A stretch of 32,000 nucleotides of DNA from Candidatus Methylomirabilis oxygeniifera (GTDB lineage: Bacteria > Methylomirabilota > Methylomirabilia > Methylomirabilales > Methylomirabilaceae): contig FP565575.1 in the NCBI GenBank assembly GCA_000091165.1, forward strand, positions 1,230,001 to 1,262,000, in the 5' to 3' direction. This document shows positions 8,968 to 17,322 of this stretch, piece by piece (the first letter of the stretch is position 1; each line of letters begins with the position of its first letter). Made by a program: the position numbers and the translations under genes. The notes under the pieces were generated by a model. It was not told the origin of the DNA. It searched no databases and saw nothing but the letters and a program-made list of their open reading frames with translations.

Positions 8968-9585
8968 ATGAACCTCTGGCGAGCCGTTCCGCAAATGATT
9001 GGGAGCACCCTGATCCTCCTGCTGATCGTCACGGCACCCGTCGGCTTTGCTCAAGCCGGCAGTAGAGGCGGCGGAGGGGGCCGCGCCGGTGGCGTTGGGG
9101 GCGGAGCCGTGATCGGCGGAGGTCGGGGCTCCGGATCGGTGGGTGGTGGGGTTCGAGGGGGCGTGCCCGGCGGTGGCGGACGTGACTATCCATCACATGG
9201 TCGGACATACGGCGACCATCCCCGTCATGACCGTGGTGACCGTTTCTTCTTCGGCTTCAGTGGCGCGTATGCTCCGGCCTGGTGGTGGTACGACCCTTAC
9301 TACTATTGGGGTGCATCGCCCTACTATTACAATCCGTATTATTACGGCTATCCGTATTTCGGAACCTATTACTACGGCTACCCGTACTACTATGGGTCAG
9401 ATCCGTGTGCCTCCCAAGATCCGACCTACGCCCCGTACTGTCCGCCTCCAACCGACTACCCCTATGACCCCGGCTACGGCGTCCCGCCTGTCACCTATCC
9501 GCTACCGGCACCGCCTGGAGGTGAGTCTCAGCCGTCGACGTCTCCCGACCAACCGACATCTCCGACGAGCGGCCAGACTCCTTAG
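8968..9585 (+). CDS. Secreted low-complexity protein: Gly-rich, then extreme Tyr-rich, then S/T/P-rich tail
   Basis: GAGGAGG RBS and a signal peptide ending VGFAQA. The Gly-rich segment is GSRGGGGGRAGGVGGG... The next segment, ...WWWYDPYYYWGASPYYYNPYYYGYPYFGTYYYGYPYYYG..., has 26 Tyr in about 81 residues by my count. C-terminal tail ESQPSTSPDQPTSPTSGQTP. Confidence 0.65.
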   Translation: MNLWRAVPQMIGSTLILLLIVTAPVGFAQAGSRGGGGGRAGGVGGGAVIGGGRGSGSVGGGVRGGVPGGGGRDYPSHGRTYGDHPRHDRGDRFFFGFSGAYAPAWWWYDPYYYWGASPYYYNPYYYGYPYFGTYYYGYPYYYGSDPCASQDPTYAPYCPPPTDYPYDPGYGVPPVTYPLPAPPGGESQPSTSPDQPTSPTSGQTP

Positions 9586-9640
9586 TCGACATCGTGGGGT
9601 TCCATCACAAGTCCAGAAGTCCTTTGATCGATTAATCCTC

Positions 9641-10009
9641 TCAATCAGCCAAGTCGGTCTTCCCGGCTTCGAAGGGGTATGGCGGTTGGTAAATGGGACG
9701 ATAGCCGTCCGGGATCGGAAATGGGAACGTGACGATCTCATAGACCCCAGTGAGCGCTCGAGCGATCCCCCAGCTCAATCCCTCGAGAATCCCGACCGTG
9801 AAGCCGTACAACGGTCCGTCCTCAAGGGTACCGTAATACACGGTTTTCGGTACTTCAAGTACCACACCAAGTCCGGCATTCACCGCCCCGCGGGCCGCCT
9901 TCTGAGCCACCTGACCGGCAGCAGGTTCGTCCCCTGCAAACGCCACGGTTGCCGAATGATTTGCCAGCACCACCAACATCAATGCCACTGCCCAGGTGCG
10001 TGTCTTCAT
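9641..10009 (-). CDS. Exosortase-system-associated TIGR04073-like small secreted protein
   Basis: Signal peptide MKTRTWAVALMLVVLANHSATVAFA. Then KAARGAVNAGLGVVLEVPK...GFTVGILEGLSWGIARALTGVYEIVTFPFPIP..Y.PI, which matches my recollection of that family. Internal ATG at 10009 has a GAGGA RBS. Confidence 0.65.
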   Translation of the reverse strand: MKTRTWAVALMLVVLANHSATVAFAGDEPAAGQVAQKAARGAVNAGLGVVLEVPKTVYYGTLEDGPLYGFTVGILEGLSWGIARALTGVYEIVTFPFPIPDGYRPIYQPPYPFEAGKTDLAD

Positions 10010-10158
10010 TGTTGTCCTCTTACTCAGAGCATTAAATAGCTTGCACTCCCACTTTTTCAAAGGGGGAGGTTGCTTGAGATGTCGTGCAAGAGCGCAATCT
10101 ATTAAGTGCTCTCCTTAATATGTACTGCTCGTCGGCTACATATTCTCGATCTGCGCGG

Positions 10159-10680
10159 CTAGGGCAAGACCGTTACCGGGGGCCCCAGATCACGTCTGAG
10201 GGGCACTGTGGCCTGCGGTGGAACCATGATGTGATTCGTCACGCTGAACCCTCTCCAATGAAACTCCACGAAATGTTGACCCGCAGCTACCGGTACCACG
10301 GCGGGACCGCGCAGCTCTTTGGCCAGCCCGATTCGCCTGCCATCGACGAAGATCTCCGCATCCTCCGGCGTCACATCGATCTGCAAAGCGCCACCAGGTG
10401 GCGGGTATGGCCGGGGCGCATAGGCATATCTGGAACCATGCGCTCTATCCGCCTGCTCGCTTTGAACCGCATCGCCAGTCAGCGCACCGGTGACAGCGCC
10501 GATCGCAGCGCCGATGGCCGCGCCTTTACCGGGCGCACCTGCGATTCCGCCAAGAGCGGCGCCAGCCGCAGCGCCGATCGCAGCGCCCCCCAACGTCCCA
10601 CTCTCTCTGGGTGTCGGGGGCGTGGCACACCCTGCAAGCGCCAATAGGAAGATCACGCCTAGCGCAATATACTGTTTCAT
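10159..10680 (-). CDS. Lipoprotein with glycine-zipper segment and C-terminal PEGA domain
   Basis: Lipobox LLALAGCATP. Glycine zipper GGAAIGAAAGAALGGIAGAPGKGAAIGAAIGAVTGALTG. PEGA-like segment LQIDVTPEDAEIFVDGRRIG...GQHFVEF. Confidence 0.7.
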   Translation of the reverse strand: MKQYIALGVIFLLALAGCATPPTPRESGTLGGAAIGAAAGAALGGIAGAPGKGAAIGAAIGAVTGALTGDAVQSEQADRAHGSRYAYAPRPYPPPGGALQIDVTPEDAEIFVDGRRIGLAKELRGPAVVPVAAGQHFVEFHWRGFSVTNHIMVPPQATVPLRRDLGPPVTVLP

Positions 10681-10700
10681 CGTACCTCACCTCCAGTGAA

Positions 10701-10749
10701 ACTATAGCACAGCCCCAATAGCGGTCACAACCGGCACAGCACCATTATA
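10701..10749 (-). promoter_or_regulatory. Candidate promoters for the 10159-10680 lipoprotein gene
   Basis: On the minus strand, TTGTGA (10730-10725), an 18-nt spacer and TATAGT (10706-10701). A perfect TATAAT lies at 10749-10744 with a weak -35. Motif matches only. Confidence 0.3.
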
Positions 10750-10859
10750 GCTCGGACGCCGCAACCCGGAAGCTCATTTTTCAAGATCCCCCGTTTCCCC
10801 CTTTTCATGGGGGTTAATGGGGATTTCAGGACTGCGATGAGTGACGACTTTGTGAGCAA

Positions 10860-10889
10860 TTGACGGGGTCTTCATGCGGATGCTAGGAT
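10860..10889 (+). promoter_or_regulatory. Candidate promoter for the 10931 lipoprotein gene (TTGACG-18 nt-TAGGAT)
   Basis: TTGACG at 10860-10865 and TAGGAT at 10884-10889, about 40 nt upstream of the ATG. Motif match only. Confidence 0.3.
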
Positions 10890-10930
10890 GCAATCACCGG
10901 AGAGAATTCATTTTACGCTGAAAGGAGAAG

Positions 10931-11569
10931 ATGATGCAGAAAGCCCTTTCTCTCAGACAAGGGGTCGCGTTGCTGTTGTGTCTATTCTTGGTTACAGGCG
11001 GTACCTTCGGCTGTGCAGCGATCGAAGAGCAGGTAAAGGCACATCCTGAGACGGCTCTTGGCACCGGCATCGGGGTTGCGGCCGGCATGTTGACCGGAGG
11101 GTTGATCTTCGGTAATGCCGCCGGGACGCTCGTAGGCGGACTTCTGGGTGGCCTTACAGGCGGCGTTATCGGCAACGTTGTCGAGGCGCGATCGTGGGAT
11201 CGTTCGGCAACCTCCCAGCGCTACCATTATAGCCCGACACAAGGGACCATGCTCCGAATTGAGGCCGTCGAAGCTCATCCGGCCCAGATCCGCCCAGGCG
11301 ATACGATCAACCTTAACATGAGGTTTGCCGTGCTTGCTCCGAACATTCAGCACTCCGTTCAAGTCTCAGAGCGTCGACAGATCTTGTTCAATAGTTCACC
11401 AGTTGGCAACTCAACCCTGCAAATCCAACGGATGGGTGGAACCTGGACCAGCAGTCAGCCGCTTACCCTCCCTGCAAACGCAGCAACCGGCAGTTATCGG
11501 GTGATCATGAGTGTGAAGGCGGATGGCACAGAAGCCACCCAACAGACCACCTTCACTGTTGTCAGGTAA
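10931..11569 (+). CDS. Glycine-zipper lipoprotein with C-terminal beta-rich domain
   Basis: AAAGGAG RBS. Lipobox LVTGGTFGCAA. Glycine zipper GTGIGVAAGMLTGGLIFGNAAGTLVGGLLGGLTGGVIGN. Confidence 0.7.
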   Translation: MMQKALSLRQGVALLLCLFLVTGGTFGCAAIEEQVKAHPETALGTGIGVAAGMLTGGLIFGNAAGTLVGGLLGGLTGGVIGNVVEARSWDRSATSQRYHYSPTQGTMLRIEAVEAHPAQIRPGDTINLNMRFAVLAPNIQHSVQVSERRQILFNSSPVGNSTLQIQRMGGTWTSSQPLTLPANAATGSYRVIMSVKADGTEATQQTTFTVVR

Positions 11570-11734
11570 ACGACTATTCACCCTATCGGCGAGACTCGAT
11601 CCGGTCAACTCCTGCACAGCACACGCACCTCGTCCGCTCTGACGCTGCTTACCCTCTTTAGCTTTTTCCTGGTAGCATTCCTGTCGGTCTCCAGCGGCGT
11701 CATCGCCTCAAGTGACGGTGTAACCGTTTTTAAC

Positions 11735-13144
11735 GTGACTGAGGCTCTGGTTGAGCGTGGTGAGATCGCAGTGAAAGGCGACAACGTTTCAGAGGGGGTT
11801 GCCGGAAGGCTGTATTCCCGCTATGGGATCGGTCTGTCTCTTGCGGCCATTCCCTTCTATCTGTTGGGCAAGGCGATGACCGTCTTTTCGCCCGCGCACC
11901 TGGATCCGCTCGTACTAAAGGGGGTCGTATCACTCACGAATGCGGCCATCGGTGCGTTGACCTGCATGCTCCTATTCCTTACGGCCTTACGATTCGGTTA
12001 TTCTCATGGCATGGCCTTCCTACTGACTGTTGCCTTCGCATTCAGCACCTTCTTTATCGTATATGCGACGAAGTCGTTTCTTACTCAGCCGCTTGAGACG
12101 CTATGCCTTCTGGGATCGATCTATCACCTTGTCGGAAGCCGCGACGATGACACTTGCCGCCGTCCATTTTATGCCGGCCTATTTGCGGGGGTTGGGATTC
12201 TGACCAAGTGGTTCTTTGCGATCAACTTACCGATTCTAACAGCCTACCTCCTGATCGCCTCAGTCCGTGGCCGTCGGGTGCGGAATCTCGTCTTGTTCTC
12301 GATTCCTGTCGGCATGGCATTCGCTTTGGGTTTTGCCTATAACTACGCGCGGTTTGGCTCGATCCGGCAGACCGGATATGCCGGAATTCTATTCTTTTCT
12401 ACCCCCCTGCTTGTCGGCCTCTACGGTCTTCTCCTGAGTTCCGGTAAGAGTCTCTTTCTCTATGCGCCGGTGGCGTTACTGGGTGTTGCATCGCTGAGGC
12501 CCTTTGCCAGGGATCGCCGGCACGAGATGTGGTTGCTTATCGGACTCCTCCTGATCAACGTGCTGGCGGTCTCCAAGTTCTACGATTGGAGCGGTGAAGG
12601 CGCATGGGGTCCACGATACCTCACTTTAGTCGTACCGTGCCTTATCCTGCCGATCGGATCGCTGATCGAGGACAGATCAAAGACAACCACGCGTAGTGTC
12701 ATCGGGCTCATGCTCGTGGGCGTGCTTGTACAATTTGGAGGGCTGTCGGTCTACTACGGCACCTACTACCGCACGATTGGCGAGTTCCCGTATCAGCTTG
12801 AGCGAGAGGATCCGTTGTTTCTCTACAAGGTCCGGTATGTCCCCAACTACTCACCTGTGTGGGGGCAGCTCGACATGGCGGGGCGCAACTGGAAGGCGTT
12901 TGTTCGTGGCGAGAAGCCGGTATTCGAGATTACGGAAAAGGACGAGCGGACTCCCCTGTCAGAAACCGATCGTCACAAGCTGAGCGGAACACTGGATCTC
13001 TGGTTTGCGTATGCCTATTACGCCGGTGCGCCGCTCGGTCTCTGCCTTACCGGAATGGTCGGCCTAATGGGGAGTGCGGCCGCTCTCGGCTGGGTTGCAG
13101 TTCGGTCGTGCCAAGGGTGTTCTCAACCGCGTCCTCGAACATGA
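11735..13144 (+). CDS. GT-C fold membrane glycosyltransferase (ArnT/PMT, GT39/GT83-like); the true 5' end is probably upstream of 11735
   Basis: Polytopic membrane protein. The SSDG..VFNVTEALVERGEIAV motif typical of the first periplasmic loop spans the annotated GTG. The preceding in-frame codons encode a TM helix (ALTLLTLFSFFLVAFLSVSSGVIA) but contain no ATG, GTG or TTG back to the TAA at 11567. Confidence 0.75.
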   Translation: MTEALVERGEIAVKGDNVSEGVAGRLYSRYGIGLSLAAIPFYLLGKAMTVFSPAHLDPLVLKGVVSLTNAAIGALTCMLLFLTALRFGYSHGMAFLLTVAFAFSTFFIVYATKSFLTQPLETLCLLGSIYHLVGSRDDDTCRRPFYAGLFAGVGILTKWFFAINLPILTAYLLIASVRGRRVRNLVLFSIPVGMAFALGFAYNYARFGSIRQTGYAGILFFSTPLLVGLYGLLLSSGKSLFLYAPVALLGVASLRPFARDRRHEMWLLIGLLLINVLAVSKFYDWSGEGAWGPRYLTLVVPCLILPIGSLIEDRSKTTTRSVIGLMLVGVLVQFGGLSVYYGTYYRTIGEFPYQLEREDPLFLYKVRYVPNYSPVWGQLDMAGRNWKAFVRGEKPVFEITEKDERTPLSETDRHKLSGTLDLWFAYAYYAGAPLGLCLTGMVGLMGSAAALGWVAVRSCQGCSQPRPRT

Positions 13145-13337
13145 AGAGAGTCTAAGAATTGGGTCCTTCCGGTTTTTGCGCAGACGGCCCATACCTCTCG
13201 CAGGGGCAAACGTGAAACTGTCAGTACGTCGATATCTATTTTTGGAAGATCCTCCGTTCTTGTCTCAGTCCTATGCCTATGATATGGTCTGACCGATATT
13301 TATCAAGCTTCGACCAAGGTAGAGAGGCGCGCTGAGA

Positions 13338-14507
13338 ATGCCATTCAAAGACGAGGTCGTTACCGCCGTCGATCGACTGTCGAGCACGCTGATCGCCACC
13401 AGCCGCTTCCTGCACCGTCATCCGGAGCTGGCCTACGAAGAGCGGGAGTCGGTACAACATCTGGCATCGCTCCTCAAGGCGCACGGCTTCGAGGTCATTG
13501 AGGGGGTTGGCGGTTTACCGACCGCCTTTATGGCCATGGCCGGCGTCGATCAACCATCCGCGACTATCGCCTTTCTTGCCGAATACGATGCGCTGCCTTC
13601 GCTCGGGCATGCATGTGGCCACAACCTAATCGCCTCCAGTTCTATCGGCGCCGCCCTGGCCTTACAGCCATTTCTATCTACCCTCGGGGGACAGATTCTG
13701 GTGGTCGGTTGTCCCGCCGAAGAGAAAGGCGGCGGCAAGATTGCCCTGGTGAAGGCGGGCCTGTTTGCCAATGTCGATGCTGCACTCTTGGTCCACCCCA
13801 GCAATCGAACCGAGATCTTCAAGAGTGCCTTAGCGATGCGGGCGCTCCGCGTGGAGTTCTTCGGAAAGGCAAGCCACGCCGCGGCGGCTCCCCATCTCGG
13901 TATCAATGCGCTCGATGCCGTAGTACTCGCGTTCACAAATCTCAATGCGCTTCGCCAACAACTCCGGGATGACGCTCGGATCCACGGGATCATCACCGAC
14001 GGTGGTCGCGCACCTAACATCATTCCTGACTATGCCGCCGCCAGGTTTTGCATTCGAGCGCTGAACCTTGAGTATCTGCACGACCTGCACCGTCGCGTCG
14101 TTGCCTGCTTCGAGGCTGCGGCCATGGCCACAGGCACCACGGTTGCGATCCATGAGGAAGGTGAGGAGTATCACCCAATGAAGTGCAACCGAGCGCTTGG
14201 CGCCCTCTTTTACGCCAATCTGGAGACATTAGGTGAGCGGGTGGAGCAGACGCCGGAGGACGGCGAAACTGGTTCCACCGATGTCGGCAATGTCAGTCAA
14301 GTCGTTCCCACAATCCATCCGACCATCGCACTCACCGATCACGTCGACGTGGTCTGCCACTCCGCGGCCTTCGCTCAAGCCGCCGGTGGACCCGACGGAG
14401 ATCGAGCCATGATTACCGCTGCCAAAGCGCTGGCCATGACTGCGGTAGACCTGTTCATCAACCCTGCTGCGCTACAGCAGGTCCAAGAAGAGTTTCGAGA
14501 GGCCTGA
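13338..14507 (+). CDS. M20/M20D family amidohydrolase (metallopeptidase)
   Basis: FLHRHPELAYEE, AEYDALPSLGHACGHNLI and GCPAEEKGGGK are typical M20D amidohydrolase blocks. Confidence 0.85.
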   Translation: MPFKDEVVTAVDRLSSTLIATSRFLHRHPELAYEERESVQHLASLLKAHGFEVIEGVGGLPTAFMAMAGVDQPSATIAFLAEYDALPSLGHACGHNLIASSSIGAALALQPFLSTLGGQILVVGCPAEEKGGGKIALVKAGLFANVDAALLVHPSNRTEIFKSALAMRALRVEFFGKASHAAAAPHLGINALDAVVLAFTNLNALRQQLRDDARIHGIITDGGRAPNIIPDYAAARFCIRALNLEYLHDLHRRVVACFEAAAMATGTTVAIHEEGEEYHPMKCNRALGALFYANLETLGERVEQTPEDGETGSTDVGNVSQVVPTIHPTIALTDHVDVVCHSAAFAQAAGGPDGDRAMITAAKALAMTAVDLFINPAALQQVQEEFREA

Positions 14508-14550
14508 CCGTGCCTCGCCCTCACCTTTGCTCTACCGCGCATGGCTCCCG

Positions 14551-15240
14551 ATGAAACTCTCTGTGATTATCCCGGTCTATAACGAGCGGGATACGGTAGA
14601 ATTGATCCTCAAGCGGGTCGAAGAGGCCCCCTACGAGAAGGAGATCATTCTTGTCGATGACGCCTCAACCGATGGGACGCGTGAGATTCTCACCCGGGTG
14701 GCAAGGGACCACCGAAATCAGGTACGTCTCATCCTTCACCAGGAAAACTGTGGTAAGGGAGCGGCGATTCGGACCGCGATCGAACACGTAACCGGCGACA
14801 TCGTCATTATTCAGGATGCTGACCTGGAGTACGACCCGCAAGACTATCCGCGGCTGCTTCAACCGATCCTAGACAGCTACGCCGATGTCGTTTTCGGCAA
14901 CCGATTCCATGGAGGCCCTCATCGTGTCCTCTACTTCTGGCACTACCAGGGCAATCGGTTTCTCACCACCCTTTGCAACATGATGACGAATCTCAATCTG
15001 AGTGATATGGAGGTCGGATATAAGGTCTTTAGGGCCGAAGTACTCCAGCGGCTGCGGCTCAGATCGAACCGGTTCGGCATCGAGCCTGAGCTGACCGTGA
15101 AAACGGCTAAGCTTGGGTGCCGCATCTACGAGGTCCCGATCGCCTATCACGGCCGGACCTACGCCGAAGGCAAGAAGATTACCTGGAAGGACGGCCTCGC
15201 TGCCCTATATTTCATCCTCCGTTTTAGGCTATTCGATTGA
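14551..15240 (+). CDS. Family 2 glycosyltransferase (polyprenol-phosphate sugar synthase-like)
   Basis: MKLSVIIPVYNERDT...LVDDASTDGT...IIQDADLEYDP. ATG at 14551 is preferred over the TTG at 14527 used in the track. Confidence 0.85.
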   Translation: MKLSVIIPVYNERDTVELILKRVEEAPYEKEIILVDDASTDGTREILTRVARDHRNQVRLILHQENCGKGAAIRTAIEHVTGDIVIIQDADLEYDPQDYPRLLQPILDSYADVVFGNRFHGGPHRVLYFWHYQGNRFLTTLCNMMTNLNLSDMEVGYKVFRAEVLQRLRLRSNRFGIEPELTVKTAKLGCRIYEVPIAYHGRTYAEGKKITWKDGLAALYFILRFRLFD

Positions 15241-15321
15241 ACTGATGGCGGCCGACTTTCCTCACGTTGTCCCATGTTCACTATTGAATGATCAGGGTAA
15301 TCAAGCCGTAAAATGGTAGCC

Positions 15322-16506
15322 ATGAAAGTCATTGGTCTCATGTCGGGGACGTCGGCGGACGGGATCGATGCCGTACTTGTGGAGATCGCCCAGAGTACAG
15401 GACAGGCACTGTCGAAGCTTCGGCTCCTGCACTTCGCGGTGTTCCCTTTTGCCGATACGCTTCGGGAGCAGATTCTCTGCGTAGCAGACGCGTCGTCAGG
15501 CACTACCCCTGAAATCTGTCGTTTGAATGTCCTGCTTGGCGAGCTTTTCGCGAAAGCGGCAATCTCGACAGCCCGGCGCGCCGGCCTCCCCTTGCGTGAT
15601 GTGGCCTTGATCGGTTCCCACGGACAGACCATCGCCCACATTCCGAACCCAAGAGTTGAGTACGGCGTGTCGGTTCGCTCCACACTACAGATCGGTGAGC
15701 CGTCGATCATCGCCGAGCGAACGGGGGTGACGACCGTGGCCGACTTCCGCCCGCGAGATATGGCCGCAGGCGGCGAAGGGGCACCGCTCACGCCCTATCT
15801 GCATGCCCTTCTGCTTCGACATCTCCGACGGGACCGGATCGTCCTGAATCTTGGCGGAATCGCCAACCTCACCTTTCTGCCAAAAGGACGTGGACTGCGC
15901 GGCGTGTTGGCGTTTGATACGGGACCCGGCAATGTCCTGATCGATGGGCTCGTGGCACGACTGACCGGAGGGACAATGGGCGTTGACCTGGATGGCAGGA
16001 TCGCCGCCTCTGGACGGGTGGATTCTCGTCTGCTGCGATGGCTCATGACTCACCCCTACTTTCGTCGCAAGCCACCCAAAAGCACGGGGCGGGAAGAGTT
16101 TGGCCCTACCATGATCGATACCCTGCTCCGCCGTGCCGCCGCCCGCGGCATCACAGGGGAGGATCTCGTGGCAACTGTGACAGCCTTCACGGCGAAGACG
16201 GTGGCGCTTCACGTCCAACGCGACCTCTCACGCAGTGCCGCTTCGGCTGAACTGATCATCTGTGGCGGCGGAGCTAAGAACCCGACGCTTATCAAACGGC
16301 TTCAGGAGGCGCTGCCTGAAGGCCGACTCCTCTCCGCCGATGAGGCGGGCTTTCCAGGGCGGGCCATCGAGGCTTCAGCCTTCGCACTACTCGCCTATCT
16401 CACCGCTCACGGCCTACCAGGGAATCTGCCCCACATCACCGGGGCGACGCATCCCGCAATTCTTGGTAAGATTGTCCCGGGGCGGACATTTCGAGGGCTA
16501 CGATGA
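15322..16506 (+). CDS. anmK: Anhydro-N-acetylmuramic acid kinase
   Basis: MKVIGLMSGTSADGIDAVLVEI... is the canonical AnmK N-terminus. About 394 aa. An ATG at 15313 is an alternative start. Confidence 0.9.
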   Translation: MKVIGLMSGTSADGIDAVLVEIAQSTGQALSKLRLLHFAVFPFADTLREQILCVADASSGTTPEICRLNVLLGELFAKAAISTARRAGLPLRDVALIGSHGQTIAHIPNPRVEYGVSVRSTLQIGEPSIIAERTGVTTVADFRPRDMAAGGEGAPLTPYLHALLLRHLRRDRIVLNLGGIANLTFLPKGRGLRGVLAFDTGPGNVLIDGLVARLTGGTMGVDLDGRIAASGRVDSRLLRWLMTHPYFRRKPPKSTGREEFGPTMIDTLLRRAAARGITGEDLVATVTAFTAKTVALHVQRDLSRSAASAELIICGGGAKNPTLIKRLQEALPEGRLLSADEAGFPGRAIEASAFALLAYLTAHGLPGNLPHITGATHPAILGKIVPGRTFRGLR

Positions 16507-17240
16507 CAAATCCAGCGTACTACGAAGCCGTGGTTCGATTGCTTGGCGAGATTCAGCACAGCCAGGCGGAGGCGATCGATAAAGCTGCCGACCTGATCTT
16601 CTCTTCTCTCGCAGCCGACGGCGTCCTGCACATCTTTGGAAGTGGTCACTCCCATTCGGTCGCCGAAGAGGCGTTCCATCGCGCCGGTGGGCTGGTTCCC
16701 GTCAACACCATGACCGAGCCGTTCCTGAGCCCGCTCACATCCCCAAAAAAGAGCGGACGATTTGAGCGGCTCAGCGGCCTTGCCACGATTCTTCTCGACT
16801 ACCACGAGCCTCGGCCCGACGAGGTCCTCATCATCATCTCCAACGCCGGGATCAACTCGGTCCCGGTTGAGCTCGCGCTTGAAGCGAAGAAAAGAGATCT
16901 CACAGTGATCGCCATCACGTCGCTGCGCCACGCCCAAGCCGTCACATCTCGTCATATCAGCGGTAAGCGGCTCTTCGAGGTGGCAGACCTCGTCATCGAT
17001 AACGGCGGCGAGGCCGGCGATGGCGCCCTGACCTTTCCCGGCCTTACGGCCAAGGTGGGACCGACCTCACTTATCGCTGGAGCCTTCATTATCGACTCCA
17101 TCGTCTGTGGCGTCGTGGCGCGATTCCTCGCAAAGGGGCTCACACCGCCAGTCTATCTCAGTGCTAATCTACCGGGCGGCGATGAGCACAATCGCCAACT
17201 CGAGGCAAAGTATAAAGGACGAATCAAATTATTGAGTTGA
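16503..17240 (+). CDS. SIS (sugar isomerase) domain protein, UPF0309-like
   Basis: VLHIFGSGHSHSVAEEAFHRAGGL and LIIISNAGINSVPVE form a SIS fold pattern. ATGA overlap with the anmK stop suggests translational coupling. Confidence 0.7.
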   Translation: MTNPAYYEAVVRLLGEIQHSQAEAIDKAADLIFSSLAADGVLHIFGSGHSHSVAEEAFHRAGGLVPVNTMTEPFLSPLTSPKKSGRFERLSGLATILLDYHEPRPDEVLIIISNAGINSVPVELALEAKKRDLTVIAITSLRHAQAVTSRHISGKRLFEVADLVIDNGGEAGDGALTFPGLTAKVGPTSLIAGAFIIDSIVCGVVARFLAKGLTPPVYLSANLPGGDEHNRQLEAKYKGRIKLLS

Positions 17241-17282
17241 GCACACACCCGACTTACTCACCCGGCGGTTGGGTCATTTTAC

Positions 17283-17317
17283 TACACCCTACCCCCTATA
17301 CCCTAAACCCTATCTTT
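17283..17317. repeat. Heptanucleotide tandem repeat (TANNCCC) x4 plus a partial unit
   Basis: Read directly: tacaccc taccccc tataccc taaaccc tatcttt. Fills the 5' leader of the D-aminoacylase gene. The complement is GGGTTTAGGGTATAGGGGGTAGGGTGTA. Confidence 0.9.
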
Positions 17318-17322
17318 GTGCC

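Noticed and set aside
9143-10039. 298-aa plus-strand ORF overlapping the Tyr-rich gene and the TIGR04073-like gene
   Set aside because: It is an alternative frame of low-complexity DNA plus the antisense of a well-supported secreted protein gene. It has no signal peptide, RBS or domain features.
10931-13144. A single fused lipoprotein-glycosyltransferase ORF (same frame, one TAA between the two genes)
   Set aside because: Read-through of TAA is unlikely in bacteria, and the lipoprotein has a complete domain architecture. I kept it only as a minor alternative under the start-codon anomaly finding.
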